A stretch of 64,000 bases of DNA from Klebsormidium nitens. Its lineage: Eukaryota; Plantae; Klebsormidiophyceae. The position numbers and the translations under genes were made by a program. The stretch spans positions 68,791-132,790 of the forward strand of contig DF237183.1 of the NCBI GenBank assembly GCA_000708835.1. Direction: 5' to 3'. Shown here piece by piece: positions 32,565 to 45,606 of this stretch (position 1 is its first letter; each line of letters opens with the position of its first letter). Below the pieces are notes generated by a model, which did no database searches, had not been told where the DNA came from, and was given only the letters and a program-made list of their open reading frames with translations.

Positions 32565-35500
32565 ATGGACGTCCTGAACATGCTGCGCTCCAAGGCCTCC
32601 TGGGGCTTTCGGAGCGGACGGTGTGAAATGCAAGAGCTGCAGGAGTTGCATGGAGTTCCTGGGCTCAAGCAGACGGTGGTTCCTGAAGATAGCAGTCTTA
32701 GTGATGCCAGCACGCTGGTGTCATATGGGGCCAGCGTAGAAAGAGAGCGCTCTCCGTTGGCCGACTGTGTTCCCAACCACCCTCGCTTCGGGGCAATGCA
32801 TTTGCAATCCAATGACGACGCTAGCATGATGTCCGCAGATGTTGAGAGCTTGAGCAATTGCAGCAGTGGCCAAAAGGGGCCCCGTGCTGCACCGTCAGAG
32901 CTGGGGGGTGACAAAGAAGCGGAGAATGGAGAAAGGGGCCGAAGGGCAAAGGATGAAAGGGAACAGGAGGAAAATGGATTTGCGGATCCTAGTCAGCAGG
33001 AGTGGTCGGACGGTTTGTCAGATGATGCATCAGATGATGCCTTTAAGGAAGAAGAACCACTCAAGCTTCCAGTTCTTGATGAAAGCCCCAATGGTCTTTT
33101 CTCACTACGCATTGCAACCAACCTCCTGCCTAAAGACATGCACGCGCCTACTACTACATCAGTGCACGACGTCACACATGAAACACCGCTGGCGGGCATC
33201 AAAGCCGAACCTAGTTGTGGGGGCCACAGCGATGAGGAGCACGAGGTCGCCGACACAGCCTTTTCGCCCCCCCTAGCGCAAGCAATAGACCGGAATGATG
33301 CCTTTGTCGAACCCGCAGCATATCCAAGGATCCTCTCAATGTTGTCAACAGGGACTCCAGCTCAGGAAGAGAGGCAGGAGGAGGCACATGGGGATGGGGT
33401 AGTGAGAACAATCAGAGCCGCACAGTCTGACAACGAACATCAAGTCGATACTGACATGAGGGTGAGGGTTGGGAGCGCAGCTGACCACAGTGGTATGAGT
33501 CCTGAGATCAGGGGGGTGGAGAGCAGTCCTCAGGCAACACTGCGGCGGGAGCGGCTGAGGAAGCAGAAAGAAGCAGCGGAGAAGGTGCAGCAGGAGATGC
33601 AGGAGATGCAGGCGCTTATGGAGGCCCTGCTGGCTCAGGTGAGGGTGCAACTTCAGGTTTTTGACCGAAACCCACCCAGGAAAAGTTCCTGAAGCCTCGT
33701 ACGAAAAATCCCTGTAAGTCTTCTAGACACTGCGCGCCTTGGAGGAGTGATCATGCAGCAAGTTGACTGGAAGTCGATCTATTCTGTGCGCCCATTCTTG
33801 TCAATCAAATATCGTAAACTTCATTATAGCTCCAACAAATATAGTTTTTGGCAGTTGCCTTGGAAAAGGATGCACGGCGCCTCCCTTTCAATTTGCCTTT
33901 GCGACCATCATTGGAGGGTCCCTTACGATCATCGTGGCAGAATTCTAGGTTGAAAACTTCCATCGGTATATGGTATAGACCTCTGCCCTTGTGGGTCCTG
34001 AGCTGTCCTTTCTTCTTACCACCTTCTACCAACAGATTGCTCCATTCTTGCTCAATCGACAACTTATTGTTGGCAAGAAGGTGGAACTACTGTGAAAAGG
34101 TGTCTGGTTGAACTTTGAGGGAAGCAACAGACTGATTCATTCTGATTGGCAGTGGTTCACTTCAGTCTGGTTTGGAATGGTTCATTCTTGTCTGATTGGC
34201 TGCTCATGTCCAGTTTCGAGACCATTTTGCAGAACCCCGCCCTTGTGCATCCTGAGCTTTCCTTCTTCTTTTAACCTCCACTGACTTCATTCTCCTCAAA
34301 AACCACAGTATCAACACGATTTTCCAATTCTTCTTCTTTTACCTGCAGAACCCCGCCCTCGTGCATTCTGAGCTGGCTGCCCCCCTGGAGCCCAGCGAGC
34401 TCGAGCGCCTGCGGGCGCGGTGCTCCCAGCAGGAGGAAGAGTTGTCCGCCTTCAGAGGAAAGCTGGAAGATATTCAGGTGGGAGTGGTCTCTTGACCAAA
34501 GGCAATTTGCAATATCAGCCTCCTAAACAGTAGCCGATCTGCACCTCTAAACGAACTAAGGGGTTGTTGAAAGTTGGACACGCTATCTTTGTCAGCAGTG
34601 GGTGTGTACAATGATGCTGTGCGCTGGCAGGCGACGCGGGTTATGCGAGCCTTAGGAGATGGTGCCAAGGTCAAGTACACAAGCCTCTCAACATGAGTTG
34701 TTTGTGGGCCTTGTATCCACTTGATCTACCAAACTTCGAAGCGCCCCCTCTGACATAAGTTGCAAGCCAGAAGCGGAGTCGCAGGGAATTGTCTCATGAT
34801 ATCGCTCCCAGGGTTTTCTTCTTTGGACTGGCTATTCCAAGAATTCTCGTTCTGGATCGGAAGTAGTGTGTGGGGACGCAAAGCAGACAGTTTCGGCCTG
34901 CTCTGATCCCCCTTGCTATGTTGGTATGAAGGCCCAACAGATTCGCAACCAAGGCACACAATCTATGCAAACTGTCCTCTAACCCAGTGCCTCATTCCAT
35001 TCATCATACACACAGCCCCTTGTGGTGCATCTCTAAGCCTCTCCGGCGGCCTCCCCCGATCTGGCCAGCACTGCATACCACTCGCCAGGAACGAGGTCTT
35101 GAGGGCGGCGTCTTGCAGAGCGGACGGAGCTGCCAAAGCTCAGGCTAAGAATCCTTGTCACGCCTACCATCACAACCCGATCAAAGTGAAGCGCCCAGCT
35201 GCCAACCCAAAGTGGAAAGATGATTCAGATACTCCTGCGTGCAGGCGCTGTGCGGTGCGGCGCAGGATCGGTGCGCGTCGCTGGAGCAGGAGAACCAGCA
35301 GATGCAGACGCAGGTGGCCACCCTCAAGTGGCAGCTCAACCTGCAGGTAATGCGCACGACCAGCTTGGGGCGTCAAGCCGCCTGATTGCATTGTCAGCTT
35401 TCGACAGCCTCCAAAATTGCCAAGTGCTCTTTTTGTGCAAGGAATACCCCGCTCGTTTGAGCATGGTCTGTTCTTTGACGAGTCTGCAAAGATTTCTGGT

Positions 35501-37421
35501 CAGATGGTTTGATGCGTTTGTTGTCACTAAGACCGCTGTTCTTTGGGTTGATTTCAGAGGTTCTAGGACCCCTCGCACCAATCCGTTGGGAGGGAAACTC
35601 TTCTCCTGTTTGCCTAAGATCCTATGAAAAGACCTTGACAGGCAGCAGATGGGCTATGATAAGCTCTGCCACCCCACGAAGCCGAGTTTGCCCCGATACG
35701 TCTAACCCTCACATTCAACTCGTTGGAACTTGGCCCGCTCTCTGGCAGGCTCGCCATTGTTAAAAGTCGGAGGCAAACATTGGGGCCTCAGCGCTCCACA
35801 GCATGCGGCCAGACTGCCTGTCCCTGGCGGCTTGAATGAGAAAGCTAAGAACGAGCTTCAGTGGGGGTGCAAATAGCCATTGCTTTTTTGAGCCGGCCGG
35901 AACAACTGATACGGGTTCCTTGAATAGCCTCATATTGATTTTTCATATTCCTGAAGATCATTTACAGATCGATATAAACCGTTTCTTCGCTGCAGAGTCA
36001 GGCCGTTTGCTGTCTTTCTCCTTAGGTGACCTTTCAAACCTTTTGCCTTCATTTTGCGGGTGTGTCCACAAGATTTCCGTGTCCGCTCGGCTGCAGGAGG
36101 AGTTCCGCTTCCTGACCCCCCCGCCCCACCTGAGCTGCGAGGAGCGCGAGCTGTGGCGCAGGAAGCTGCTCCAGGACAGGCTGCTGCCGCCGCCCGACAA
36201 GGTGACGCCGTAACGCGGGGCGCCGCATCCCCTCTTTCGATGGTAGCTTTGACCCTGGTAGCAGCAAAGCGGGTAGTTGCGTATACAGAGTTGCAATCGA
36301 AACGATGAAGGGCTTTGTCGTTTGAGCCTCCTTGCCGGATCTTCCCTGAGCTATAAGGTCGAGAGCTGTCAGGTCGCCAGAGCTCGTCATCTATTTGTTC
36401 GAAGCCAGTACTCGTACCAGTAAATCTGGACGTCTTATTGTCCTACTTCGATGAGGTGCCAGCGGCCAGATCGGCAAACTAAAATCATTTCAGTGTCTGC
36501 CTCGACTTCTAAGCTTTCGTATCTTTTCGCACTTTTCCGCTCGAGACTGAAGTATCTATATTGTATTAAGCGTCTCTTCAAGAAAAGCATCGGCAGGCAC
36601 AGAAAGTAAGGTGTGTTTCTGCCAACCCACTTGTCACTGCACAAGCATTAGCAGACACTTTCAAGTGCTTGAATTCGTCCGGTAATCTGCGCCCTTACAT
36701 AAAGGTTTCTGTCCGACCCGCTTGAACTCTTCTGTCGGCCTGCTCGATGGCAAGGCAATAAAGTTGCTTACCTTTCAAGAAATTATTGCAGCTACAATTC
36801 GAGTCGGACGGGCTTGCTGTCGACCTCCCAGTACACTGGAAACGCATTTCACCCTTCCTCACGGCTCTTGCTTTTCCTTTGTACCAGGCGACAGTGACTG
36901 CCCGCAAGCTGGCACTAGATGAGCCCCAGGGGGTGCACTCCGACCCCGCATCCCGACCCCCCCGTTCCGTGACCCCAGACGCTAGCGCTGCATACCTGGC
37001 GGCTGTCGCGGACGCTCGCAGGAATCCGACGCCCGAGAAACTCGCGTTTGCTGCAAAGGCGAGGGGCGACCTGGGGTGGCTGCTGGGGGGGCGCACAGCC
37101 AAGGCGCAAGGCGGGCCGTTTGTTGGGGGGGGAAGCGAGGGTGACTTGGAGGGTTTCTCGAAAGTGCACACGAGATCGTCGTCTCCAGACTGCGAGGCCC
37201 AGTCGCCCCGCAGCTTGATTCGGAACCTGTCCGCAAGCGCTGAGTATGCAATGAGAGAGCCCAACGTGAGAGCGCCCGTTTCGGTTGATGAGCCTGGTGT
37301 TGAGGAGAGCGTCAGAGGCTTACGGGCGAGTCTTCACACCCCACTCGCCCGTGACGCAGCAACCCTCGGGACGCCAGTGGCGCAATCGCCGCTTTTATCC
37401 TTGGAGTCTCCACTTGAGTAA
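32565..37421 (+). CDS. Unidentified protein: long acidic, low-complexity N-terminus plus coiled coil, 5 exons, about 650 aa
   Basis: Exons 32565-33638, 34349-34477, 35245-35346, 36097-36201, 36888-37421, all phase 0 with GT-AG ends. Heptad-rich segments EKVQQEMQEMQALMEALLAQ and CASLEQENQQMQTQVATLKWQL. No family recognised. Confidence 0.75.
33970..34380 (+). repeat. Three copies of the 3' splice site plus exon-2 start of the coiled-coil gene
   Basis: TAG|ACCTCTGCCCTTGTGGGTCCTGAGCT at 33979, CAG|AACCCCGCCCTTGTGCATCCTGAGCT at 34233 and CAG|AACCCCGCCCTCGTGCATTCTGAGCT at 34349 (functional). Confidence 0.85.
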
Positions 37422-38599
37422 TCTAAAACGCAGTATGATTGCTCGTCACTGTTCACTGGCGCACAGCTGTACTCTAAGACAGATCACAGCCTAGAAACAA
37501 TTTCAAACTGTACGACAGGGTGTTGCATAAAAAGGACGGCAGGCAGGAACAGGAGGACATTGAATGAACGGGGGTCTGGTCGAACTACCAACACCTTGCG
37601 CCCTGCTTCATGGGAGTGGATCGATTGTCATTTTGACCGGCCCATGAATTGTCTTCGTGATTCACAAAATCTGGGTGACGTTTACGGAGCTTCTTCTCGT
37701 CCTCCTGCCTGCTTATCAAGCAATTCTGGCCGCTCTCAGGCTGAATGGACTCGGCGATTTCCTTACCTGGTTGATGAGTAGGTTATGCAACATCAAACCT
37801 CAGAATGACCAAGCAGATGCCTCAGTTGCCAAGCGTGCAGAGTGCACACAAGACGGCCTGGAACGGTCAGGCCACCTTGCCATCATTCAGTGAATGCGGA
37901 GACTCGATTCTTAGATGTACTCAAGCACTGGCTTTCCGATACTAAATGTGGATACAAAGTGTGCATCTGAATTGTGTGACTTTTTAATCCCGCTTGGTAA
38001 ATTGAGGCTGGGTTCTCGCTGGGTTGTTATGCAATTGCGTCCTCAATGCAGGCGCCATTAGGGAGTGAGGCATGATTCAATAAATCACTATGTCAGAACC
38101 ACATCATCAAGACATGGTGTGCATAATAACTCGAAGATCACACCGATTCACTGCAGATCCAGACATAACATCAAGGATCTCCGAGTCGGCATGTTTCAGC
38201 ATTGTTGTCGAGATTTTGCACATAGCTCCTGCCCAAATTATCCGACCATGGTGATTGCGGATGTGTTTGGCGTCCCGACTCCTGACGCATCAGAATCATT
38301 CCTATGCGGTATCCCAATGCAGGCTCGTCTACCTTGCAAGGGAAGAATCGACTTAACAGTAGTATTAGTAGTAGAGATCCAGAAAGAGCGCTCATGAAAG
38401 CAAGTCATGAGTAATCAATCCAACTTAGGCAGCTACACGATCGACGGCTCTGGCGCATGGCCTGTAAACACCTTCAACTTTGAACCGTAGATCCAAGATA
38501 TTTCGCGGCAATAAAGCTTGATATATCTGCAAATCAAAACTTCCCCTTACGACTTTAGCAATTATCCGCCACTGAAATTCAAGAAGAGTTCAAACTTTA

Positions 38600-40009
38600 C
38601 AAAAGCCTTGTGACGCGACGCTTCCGGAGTTCTTGCTGTGCGTCTTGAATGTTCCTCACAGCAGGTCCAGAATGCTCTTCTGACATCCCTGAACTTCAAC
38701 AGGTCAAGGTCAAGGATTTGGAAGGGAGCGGTTCCTCTTTCCTTCCGAAGTTCTTGAACCCCTGTCCTGACTCCTGACTCTCGAGGCTGATCCTAGAAGC
38801 GACTTGGGAATTTTCACCCTGGGCACTTCTAATATTTAGCCTCAGCATTTCTAGCTACTTGACGCACTGAGTGACCGTTTGACGGAAAGCTTCCATTTAG
38901 AGCTGGTAAAGGCAACAGCGAACAATGGCTTCCGCGGCGGCAATGTCCGCCACAGCCTGCTCCAGAATTTTCTCATCCACGTTGGTGTCCTGCAAGGCCT
39001 GCAATGACAGGCTGTTGATGGAGAGCCCCGCCATGCCTGGCATGCAACTGCACAGGCGCCATTCTCAAAATGCAGGTCAGCGGCAAAGCTGTGGGATATT
39101 GCCAAGCCTGTATTAGCTCCTCTGTTGTCAAACTCAAGTGTGGTTGAACAGCCAGGGTTACTGTCTTTCATACAAACTTGGTAAAAGGCCCGCAATTAAG
39201 ATGTGAGCTCACAAGGTTTCAAAGGCAATTCTATCTGACATTCTAGGGCTTTGGAAGGGTTACGTTTGGGCATATTTAGATGCCATTCTTCGACACTTCT
39301 GTTAGAAGTTGAGTTGATATAATCTCGCTCACTCCATTCCTTCCTGTTCTGGAAGTGAGTGCCAATTATGTTTCAGAACCCTAAGCAGAGTTTCTGGAGG
39401 GCAACCGAAATCCAAGCGTTTGGAAATTTGTAATGAGCTGGGCTTTCTGATCTCTATCTTGGTCCATATCTCTTTCATATGATTTTGAGTATGGTGCTCC
39501 AACTGTGACTTGCAGAATGCTGGCTGGCTTTCTAATCGTCTCAGCTCCGAATGCACAGTTTTGTGAGATGTTGCATCCTAAAGATAATACACTTGTCAGC
39601 AATGTTGGCGCCCGTCCTGCTTCGGGCGCTCTGCAATACCTAACTTTGCTGGTCTATTCCATGATCCAATTTGCACCTGGTATTCTATGCTCAGTCAACC
39701 ACCAGGTTCTTGTTGAAATCACTTGCCTCCGGCAATTCCTGGTGGCACAGGGCTGCTTTTGCACATGTGCACCTTATTGCTGTTCTTGGAAAGGATAAGC
39801 TCCGAGGCTTGAACAAGCCCTTACATTCTGATTTCTCACCTGTGGAGTATGGTCACAGATACATTGCAGTGCCCTTGGACACAAACTTTCAAACTCAAGA
39901 CTCTCCGTCTGCATTTTCTCGGACCCAAATCTGGATGTTGTTGACGAACTTTGGCAGCCAGTGCCCGAAGTTGTACTTTTGACAGATCAGCGGATGCATA
40001 GTGTGACAT
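38600..40009 (-). other. Possible unidentified coding exons, divergent from PIFI
   Basis: Protein-like stretches MSHYASADLSKVQLRALAAKVRQQHPDL (GTGAG donor near 39839), DTNVDEKILEQAVADIAAAEAIVR and ILDLDLLKFRDVRRAFWTCCEEH. I could not build a phase-consistent model. Confidence 0.3.
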
Positions 40010-40266
40010 CTCAACAAATCTTCTAGGTCCCTCTTGGCACTCCCCACTCTTCAATTGACTATTTAGATTGGTTCAGTTTGTATGTCCAGTCATTGATCCT
40101 GGGGGATCAAAGCGAAGGGGCCACCGGGAGTCCACCGGGAGTCTCGTCTTTCTCTCACAGGTTTTCAGACCACTTAAGGTTGCTTGCATCCCAGTTCACA
40201 GCTTACCAATCTTCAACAAGAAAGGTTTTCTGCAGGTTGTTGATATTCTTTTGTTGATTCCTGCAG

Positions 40267-43200
40267 GGCTTCCAGCAATCTTCCGGTATGGCAGCACAAA
40301 CTCCCGGCAAGGATACCGGCGTGCCATTGAAGCAACAGTCGCGTCGCCCAGCAAGTCGGCTGCCACGCTCATCAGCCCCACGGGCACCACAGAGTGAGCG
40401 CGTAATGATAGTCTGTTTTCTCGACACGGCAGAATGCGTAGGCTGGATTGTTTACTTGATCACCAGAGTTTTATCATTTGGTGGCTTTTCAAACGTGGTC
40501 CTTATCTGCTGATAAGTCGATCACCGGAGTTTTATCATTTGGTGGCTTTTCAAACGTGGTCCTTATCTGCTGATAAGTCGATGATATCTGCGGGGCTGGG
40601 GCAATGTCTCTTGGATCTCCTTACCTCGCCTTCCGCTCATACATCTCGAGCAAGAAGACTGGCCCGGCCTTGTCGTTGGACCCCTTGTTTTGCTTATAGC
40701 CACAAGGGCATCAACCGCTTTCGTTTTGTACCCCCAGTTCTGGTCTTAAAGCCAAGCCCATGCATTTATTTTGTTGCCAGGCTGTTTCCACTTTGCTGCT
40801 TTTCAATGTTTTCAAACTAGTTGAGAATCGTCTCGGTTGGGAGCGTCTCATGGTCTCATCTCCTGCCAACTGGATTATTGTTGCTTACGAGCACATGCCA
40901 AACTTGGCAGTAATGAACTATGATGGAAATATCAATGGGTGAAGGGTCCTTTACAGAGGCTGCTTGCCGATGAAGCAGTCTGGTGCACTTAATTATCTTC
41001 TGTATTTGATGTCCTTGTCTGCTTCTTGGATTGGCTAGATTTGAAGCAAGAGTTAGACGGCCGTCCGCCAGAGTCTGAGGTACGCTTTATTCAACCACTT
41101 TCAAGAAAAGGCCAGTAAGCGGACAAACTTTGAATCTCTTCTTTTAACTGCCCTCACACTTTGTGTTGTCAAAAGGTGCCTAAGTCTAATGACAGTTTCT
41201 GTTGTGCCTGCAGGTATCCCCTTCCCTCATGGTCAAAGTTTGAGAGCGGGGAATGTGCTGTCTTCTGGGAAACCACCTTCGGGCGGCCCCCAGCTTCGGT
41301 GAGCTTCCCGGACTTATCTTTGGTAATCTGCTAGTCTTCATGCTAATCTCTGGATTCGAAAAGCCTGTTTGAGTTTGATTCATGGTTGGGCGATTTTTGT
41401 GGGGCAACTCTTGCTGTTTTCGTTGTTGTCCTTTCATTTCCTCAAGGAACTGTTTCCTGTACTTGTCCGCTAGTCCTTTCTTGAAATGAGATGTCTGCTT
41501 GTGTTGCTCTTACTGTCTTTCAATCTTGCATGCCGGCACAAGCTTCTGGGTCGTTCGTGATGAGCCTTTCCGATTCAAGCCCAAACAACTTGGAATATTG
41601 GCCCTCCACGCTACTTTTCCTGGACATCACAAGCAGCTCCTGAACACCCCTTCAAGGTTATGGAAAGTCACTTCCACCCACAGGAAGCGTAACCTGCCAG
41701 GAAAACCCCAATTTTTTTTTTCAGAGAAAGCCGAGTTCCCTCAGTGAATCCCCGCTGGCCTTTTCTTCGGCCTCTCGCTGAAGGCCCACTCAAACGCTCA
41801 AGCCGCGGATAATCTGGAGGCAGTTGTCGATCTTTTTGCCAAACTCGACCTCTCAGCGGAATCGTATATGTGGATATGTTTTCTGGATGTTAGTCTGCCC
41901 ATGTTTCCGCTGTTCAGTGAGCTGTTACGAAAAGCCGCTGAGATCCTCTTCAATGCTCATTTTGCGTCACACAAAACGAGCTGGCAATCCGCTCTGCAGT
42001 GAGCCGTCATGAAAAGCTGCTGAGATCCTCAACGAATTGACAAGGGCGTGGCAGCATCCTACTGCTCCAATCTTCCTGTCAAGCAGAAGCCTCACTCTGC
42101 AGCAAACTCTTTTGTGCATTCCAGGGAGAGCCGCTGAAGATTTACTTCAACGCACGCGGCGCAACCGAGTTGAATATCGTGGACGACTACGTTGCGTTCA
42201 ACGGGGGCTTCAATCAGCCCATCATGTGCGGGGGGACTCCGAGGTCGATGACCAAGAACGAGCGCGGCCCGCACTGCGACCCGTTCTACAGCATCCGGAT
42301 CAATGTGCCCGTGCACGGTAAGGGTGGTGTTCAGTGTTGGAGGATTGTAGGCTTCTAGGGTTTCTTGTTGTTGCTCTGGAGGTTGAGGTCTCTTTGCTAT
42401 GGTGAGAGAACAAGTTGATCGAGTTGTTACGCAGGTTTCGTCAGATCAACATGGGCTGAAGGCTCCTTGGTCAGTGTTCAAAGTGGTACAGCATTGGATT
42501 TGTGTGCCGATACTTGGCGAGCTCGCTTGCGTTCGGCACTAGGTTCTGAAGGGATTGAAATTTTCTACCAAGATACTTGGACAAGCCTGGATAGTGCAAC
42601 AGAAGATCAGTAAAATTTTGAACATGCTTTCCCTTGTTCGCCACGTCTGTATGTAGATTCCTTGGTTTAGCTTCTTAAGCTATGTCTTTTCATATCGTGT
42701 AATTTGAGTTGAGCACATCGGTTTCCCAGGTCGTTGATGGCCTGCAGTTTTCGGGCAGTCACAGAATATCTGCTCTCGGAATTTTCTTTTCATGATTGAG
42801 AAGGCGTAAGCAGCGGTGAAGGAGCTTTGGTATCCTGTTCAGCTCCGTAAGCCCTCGTCAACAGTTTAGGCTCTTGTCGGGGCCACTGGTTCCTGTTGTG
42901 GACTACAGGTGTTGAGCAGGGGGCAAAGTTCTATGTTTATACTCAAATCTGAATGGAGTCTACCACAGGGGTCGTGGGGTCACGTCATGCAAGACGGCAT
43001 CCACTTTCTGTCCGAGTCTTCTGTTAACGACGTGGAGACGGAAGCATCGTGACATTCAGTCTTTCGATTTCTTTCTTGTCATCCTGGTTGCACGCTTGAG
43101 AGTTGTCCTCGATTCTCTTGCCTTCCTTTTTGCCTGCATCAGGCGTCGTGAGGGTAACATTATCTTAACTTTACACAGATTGTTCTACTTACCGCGTATT

Positions 43201-44649
43201 CTTGCAAATCGTGCCAGCTCTTAGTCTTGCAAAACGCGCCAGCTCTTATCGATCGCCCTTACGAGTCCTTTCGGAATGTAATTGTTGTCGACCTGGCAAA
43301 CCTCCCACTCAACCACCGCTTCCAACTCCTTCAATCTTTTGGCTCGCTTCTTTTTAAACGCTCTTCTTTCTGAGTCCCTAAGACTTTGGTACTGATCTAA
43401 TCCTTTCTCCTGCAGCGCAAACGCTCGAGTTCTCGTTCACCGACGGCAAGGAGTGGCACGGGTCGTACAAGCTGTCGTTCGAGATGCCCACGCGGTTTAG
43501 AAACCAGCCCCAGTCCTTCTTTGACCAGGTAAGCGGCGTTCCACAATACTTGTAACCATCTCAGGCACACTTCGGCACTCTTGATTCCTTTTAGTCTGTA
43601 GGACTCGTCCTTTAAAATGGTTTTCCGGGTTGAAGCGACTTTCAATGACAGGGGTGTTAAAGGTGCAGACAGTAATCGACCTTTCCCCTTTCGACAGAGA
43701 CTTTTGAAGTAGGATCGGAGAAGTTGACGAAAGTGGGGTTAAGAAGTGGCCAGGTTTGGAAATAGCCTTGACGCTTGTCTGTGCAGGGCTTGGCTGCGGA
43801 GCTGTCTGCGGAAGACGGGTGCGAGACCGCCATCTTCCCGGACTCTGTCATCATCCAGGACCGCTGCATGATGCCGGGCGGGATGGGGCTCGAGGGGGTG
43901 GGCGCTGCTCTCTCACACTTCGCTTGTCATCTGCATTCACCTGTGTTTCATAACGTCGTCCTCGTTTTCTCTTCATCTTCTTCGCCTCACTTGTACTCTT
44001 GCATTGCTTTTGCTTCTTCCCCTTCTGTCTTTGTGTCTAATGATCCTTCGGGGCTTGCGTACTTTCCTCGGCAGATACTGTACTTGTTGTGCCTCACTTT
44101 TCACTGTTGCGGCTACTTATTGGGAGCTGTTAGGGCGGCGTCTTTCATTGTTTCTTCTGTTCGACCTCTACCAACCGGTCCTGGCGTCGAAGTCGTTTGG
44201 TAAGAGTGTAAATGTTTCTCACGTCAAGGAGATCGACTTTCCCGGGAGCATGAGGATCGGCGACGATTCTGCCCACCAGCTCTAGTTTTCTGTCCTGAAC
44301 CTGAATTCTGCACAGCAATTCTGTTCGTAAGACGCGCTGTCAAGTGCTGACTTTGAAAACCACAAATTCTTGAAATATGGTCGAAGGCAGCAAAACTCGT
44401 CGGGTTATAGGGTTTGGAGGCGTTTGCCAGCTTTAGCTAAGGGAGCTCCCCATATGGGATTTAGCAGAGCTTTTCAAACTCCATTACTAGCGCTTTGGCC
44501 TGCTTTGCATGAATGGCGTGTTGCCCTTCGCTTTGCAGGGAGACAGGTGCATGCTGGATATCAACCCGGGTTGCATGGACCCTGCCTCGCCTTTCTATGA
44601 CCCTCTGGCCAACGTTGATGACGGCTCGTGCGACCTGGACGGCTTCTAA
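40267..44649 (+). CDS. PIFI: Post-illumination chlorophyll fluorescence increase protein (chloroplast, NDH-related); the first ATG-bearing exon is not resolved
   Basis: Exons 40267-40393, 41214-41298, 42125-42317, 43416-43528, 43787-43897, 44539-44649. They give LPSWSKFE...[45 protein letters not shown]...CETAIFPDS and [15 protein letters not shown]...ANVDDGSC, matching recalled plant PIFI. The N-terminal exon is Ser/Thr/Ala-rich, like a transit peptide. Confidence 0.9.
40458..40582. repeat. 61-bp tandem duplication (1 mismatch) in a PIFI intron
   Basis: GATCACC[A/G]GAGTTTTATCATTTGGTGGC...GATAAGTC occurs at 40458 and 40519. Confidence 0.9.
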
Positions 44650-45247
44650 GCGGCCTAGAAGCGGTGGGCATGTTTGAAAACTGGATTGGGCTGTTTGTAT
44701 AGTGGTGGGCGCGAGCGGTGGCCTTGAAATCGTCCTCACAGCGGTCCAGGAAATCAGGTTGATGTTGATGCTAACGCTCCAAAGGACCTCTACAAGTACG
44801 GGTGGCTCAAAGAGAAAGCACTTGGGGGCCCACCTTGGCAGTCGTCAGATGATCCCTCACACAGGTCTTCTCATAGGAAGCCTAGGAGCGTCATATTCTA
44901 GGACCCATTCATTCAATTGATAAGTAAGTTCACGTCAAGTGGCTTGGAGATCTGCTAGCTCGTACAAGATTGTGGGACGTACGGCACCATACGTCGGGCA
45001 ACACAAGCAGTCCTCTTTGCATATAATATTCGTGTCAATGGTCATCATCGTTACTGTATGTTGCCATCAATTCGGAGCTCCTGATTGCTTGGGACAATCC
45101 GGTCTAGCTCAGCCTAATTGCCAGTGCAGCGGCGAACTTACAAGAGGCTAGCAGTCCGCATGGTCCTTGGAAGGTTTTTGTGGGACAAGTGGCATTGAGA
45201 TGACTAGATCGATCATTGGTTCTACAATTGCACACCGACAGGTGATG

Positions 45248-45606
45248 CAGCGCTTGCCGAGCAGCGAACTTGACGGAATTTCAACAGTATACAGGCGATA
45301 CTTCATATAGTTATTGTCATTGTTGGATCAACGTCGTTTCGGAGCCGTGATCGGCTAAGTCGACGATTGTCCTATAACATGCTAGCTCTTTATTGCTCCA
45401 ATAGCAGATGTAAGATTTACCTCGGCAGCGCTTGCCGAGCAGCGAACTTGATGGAATTTCAAGAGTATACAAGCGATGCTTCATATAGTTATTGTTACTG
45501 TTGGATCAACGTCGTTTCGGAGCCGTGATCGGCTAAGTCGACGATTGTCCTATAACATGCTAGCTATAGCTCTTTATTGCTCCAAAAGCAGATGTAAGAT
45601 TTACCT
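45248..45606. repeat. About 178-bp tandem duplication, intergenic
   Basis: CAGCGCTTGCCGAGCAGCGAACTTGA...GATGTAAGATTTACCT occurs at 45248 and 45426, with a few substitutions and a small indel. Confidence 0.9.
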
